A stretch of DNA of 64,000 nt, from the NCBI GenBank assembly GCA_026770705.1, contig JANJGN010000071.1, positions 1,984,001 to 2,048,000 on the forward strand, read 5' to 3'. The stretch is from Isurus oxyrinchus. Taxonomy: Eukaryota. Below are positions 61,549 through 64,000 of this stretch, in pieces; the first letter of the stretch is position 1; each line of letters starts with the position of its first letter. A program made the position numbers and the translations under genes. The notes beneath the pieces are model-generated. The model saw nothing but the letters and a program-made list of their open reading frames with translations, did not search any database and was not told where the DNA came from.

Positions 61549-62984
61549 AGCTTTGTACAGCAACAATCTGGTCAGTCAGTGCGGACAAATAACGTGTGAT
61601 GTTGGGTTAAGTGTAATGAAACTGGTCAGTGTCCTGGTTAGAATCACCTTCGTATCAGAGAGGCATTCCAGCACAGTGGGAGCCCATTCAGCCCATTGAG
61701 TCCATGCTGTCTCTCTGTAGAGCAATCCACTCAGTCCCATTCCCCCACTCTATCCCCGTATCCCTGTGAGTTTATTTCCCCTCAAGTGTCCATCCAATTT
61801 CCTTTTGAAATCGTTCATCGTCTCCACTTCCACCATCCTCGTAGGCAGCGAGTTCCAGCTCATTACCACTCGCTGTGTAAAAAAGTTCCTTCTCACATCC
61901 CCCCTCTGCCCAAAACCTTCAATCTGTGTCCCCCAGTCCTTGTCCCATCAGCTAATGGCAACAGCTTGTCTTTGTCTACATTATCTAAACCCGTCATCAT
62001 CTTGTACACCTCGATCAGATCCCCCCTCAATCTCCTTTGCTCCAAGGAGAACAACCCCAGCTTCTCCAACCCAACCTTGTAGCTAAAATCCCTCATCCCT
62101 GGACCCATTCTGCTCAATCTCCTCCCCACCCTCTCAAGGACACTCACTTCCTTCCCAAAGTGAGGAGACCAGAACTGGACACAATACTCTAGTTGTGACC
62201 TAACCAGAGCTTTATAAATGTTCAGCATAACCTCCCTGTGTTTGTACTCAATCCCTCGATTTATGAAAAACTTATTCTTTCCATCAGCACAAACAGCAAT
62301 TTCCAAGCGGACTCCCATCAGCAGACAGAGTGCAATGAAACATCGGCATGCCTGCTTCTTAATGTACGGAGAGAAACCTGGAACGAGAGATTCTCCTTCT
62401 TCTCCTCAGCAAGCTGAAACTTTTCCTTATACCTGGTGCTCCCCAGTCCTGCTGTGTGGACACATCATAACCACGGCATTGTCTGTCTGTGTGCAGCCAA
62501 CATGGTCGAATAGGAATGAACAGAAATGTGACGTTGCTAAACTCTGTTCTCTGATTGGAATGTGCTTTCTGAATGCTGCACCTTTTTCATGCTGCGGTAG
62601 ATTGTAAGAAGCATTTGTGTTATGAATAAAATTACATTGATTAACACAAGTGATTAAAATGCTCAGGCTGTTCTGTAGATATTTATTGATTAAAATTCTT
62701 ATTTTGCTGCCAAATTCTTGCCTCAAAGAAAAGCTTCTTGTTGTCTCATTTTCTCTATTATATAAATTCCTGTGCCCATCCTTATAATAGAAATTTCCAA
62801 TGTAAACATGTCACATTGTAGTTTCACACTCCTGCCAGTGGTGGTGCCATTCCAAAGCTGTCTTGCTGCACAGACGCAGTGAGAAATATTCTCGACGTGT
62901 ACATGATGTTGTTGTTACACAGACATCAGGCGGAACCTTGGGCATTGCCTAGAATGCACTTGGGACAGTGCAGACCACGCTCAG

Positions 62985-63950
62985 AACTGACAGTGCAGCG
63001 TTTCCTCAGTGCTGACCCTCCGTCAGTGCAGCGCTCCCTCATTACTGTCTCTCTGACAGTGCTGCACTACCTCATTATTGACCCTTTTCAAGTGCTTCAC
63101 CCCGTCATCATTGACCTTCTGACCGTGCAGGATTCCCTTATGGCTGACACTCTGACAGTGCAGCACTCCCTGAATACTGACCCTCTGATACTGTACCCCT
63201 CCATCACTAATGACTTTCCAACAGTTCAGCACTCCCTAGGTACAGACAATCTGACAGGGCAGCATTCCCTCAGTATTCAAACTCCCACTATGCAGCTGTC
63301 CCTCAGGATTCTCCCCCCCACAGTGCAGCACTCCCTCAGTACTCTCCCTCCCACAGTGCAGTACTCCCTCAGTACTCACCCTCCCACAGTGCAGCACTCC
63401 CTCAGTACTCACCCTCCCACAGTGCAGCACTCCCTCAGTTCTCTCACTCCCACAGTGCATTACTCCCTCAGTACTCACCCTCCCAAAGTGCAGCAGTCCC
63501 TCAGTACTCACCCTCCCACAGTGCAGCAGTCCCTCAGTGCTCTCCCTCCCACAGTGCAGCACTCCCTCAGTACTCACCCTCCCACAGTGCAGCACTCCCT
63601 CAGTACTCACCCTCCCACAGTGCAGAACTCCATCAGTACTCACCCTCCCACAGTGCAGCACTCCCTCAGTACTCACCCTCCCAAAGTGCAGCACTCCCTC
63701 AGTACTCACCCTCCCACAGTGCAGCACACCCTCAGTACTCACCCTCCCCCAGTGCAGTACTCCCTCAGTACTCACCCTCCCCGAGTGCAACACTCCCTCA
63801 GTACTCACCCTCCCACAGTGCAGTACTCCCTCAGTACTCACCCTCCCACAGTGCAGTACTCCCTCAGTACTCACCCTCCCACAGTGCAGCACACCCTCAG
63901 TACTCACCCTCCCACAGTGCAGCACTCCCTCAGTACTCACCCTCCCACTG
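62985..63950 (+). repeat. 33-bp minisatellite
   Basis: Paralog of 17660-18530 with more units. Confidence 0.92.
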
Positions 63951-64000
63951 TGCTGTGTGAGTTGTTTCAATCAAGACTGGTGCACAAAGAGGGAGGTTTC

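Larger units (their letters stand above)
45770..64000 (+). repeat. Segmental duplicate of 1-18577 (A+B unit = D+E unit)
   Basis: Colinear, near-identical exons, introns and repeats. Position 1 pairs with 45770 and 18577 pairs with 64000. Confidence 0.93.

Overview
Eukaryotic (vertebrate) intron-exon DNA. The repeat repertoire (CR1-type LINE tails, Penelope/GIY-YIG fragments, a 33-bp SINE-like minisatellite) suggests a cartilaginous fish, but the taxon is an inference. The window holds a tandem cluster of five Siglec-like (sialic-acid-binding Ig lectin) gene copies, all on the + strand, reconstructed here from splice sites because most exons are missing from the ORF track. Copy A is 1-7066 (5' part outside the window), B is 11.1-16.2 kb, C is 19.2-30.9 kb, D is 41.7-53.4 kb and E is 56.4-61.5 kb. 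The four V exons in the window share a V-set framework with the essential F-strand Arg (YFFRIE). The five copies end in three different signalling modules: an inhibitory ITIM+ITSM-like tail (C), a tail with three YxN motifs (A, D), and an Arg-containing transmembrane helix with a short tyrosine-free tail, i.e. activating type (B, E). This looks like a paired or tripartite Siglec receptor system. Positions 1-18577 are segmentally duplicated at about 45770-64000. Copies B-E each carry lesions (nonsense codons, a frameshift, TE-destroyed exons), but C and E could still yield in-frame products by skipping symmetric phase-1 exons. Most long ORFs in the track are minisatellite or retroelement artefacts. 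There are four assembly gaps.
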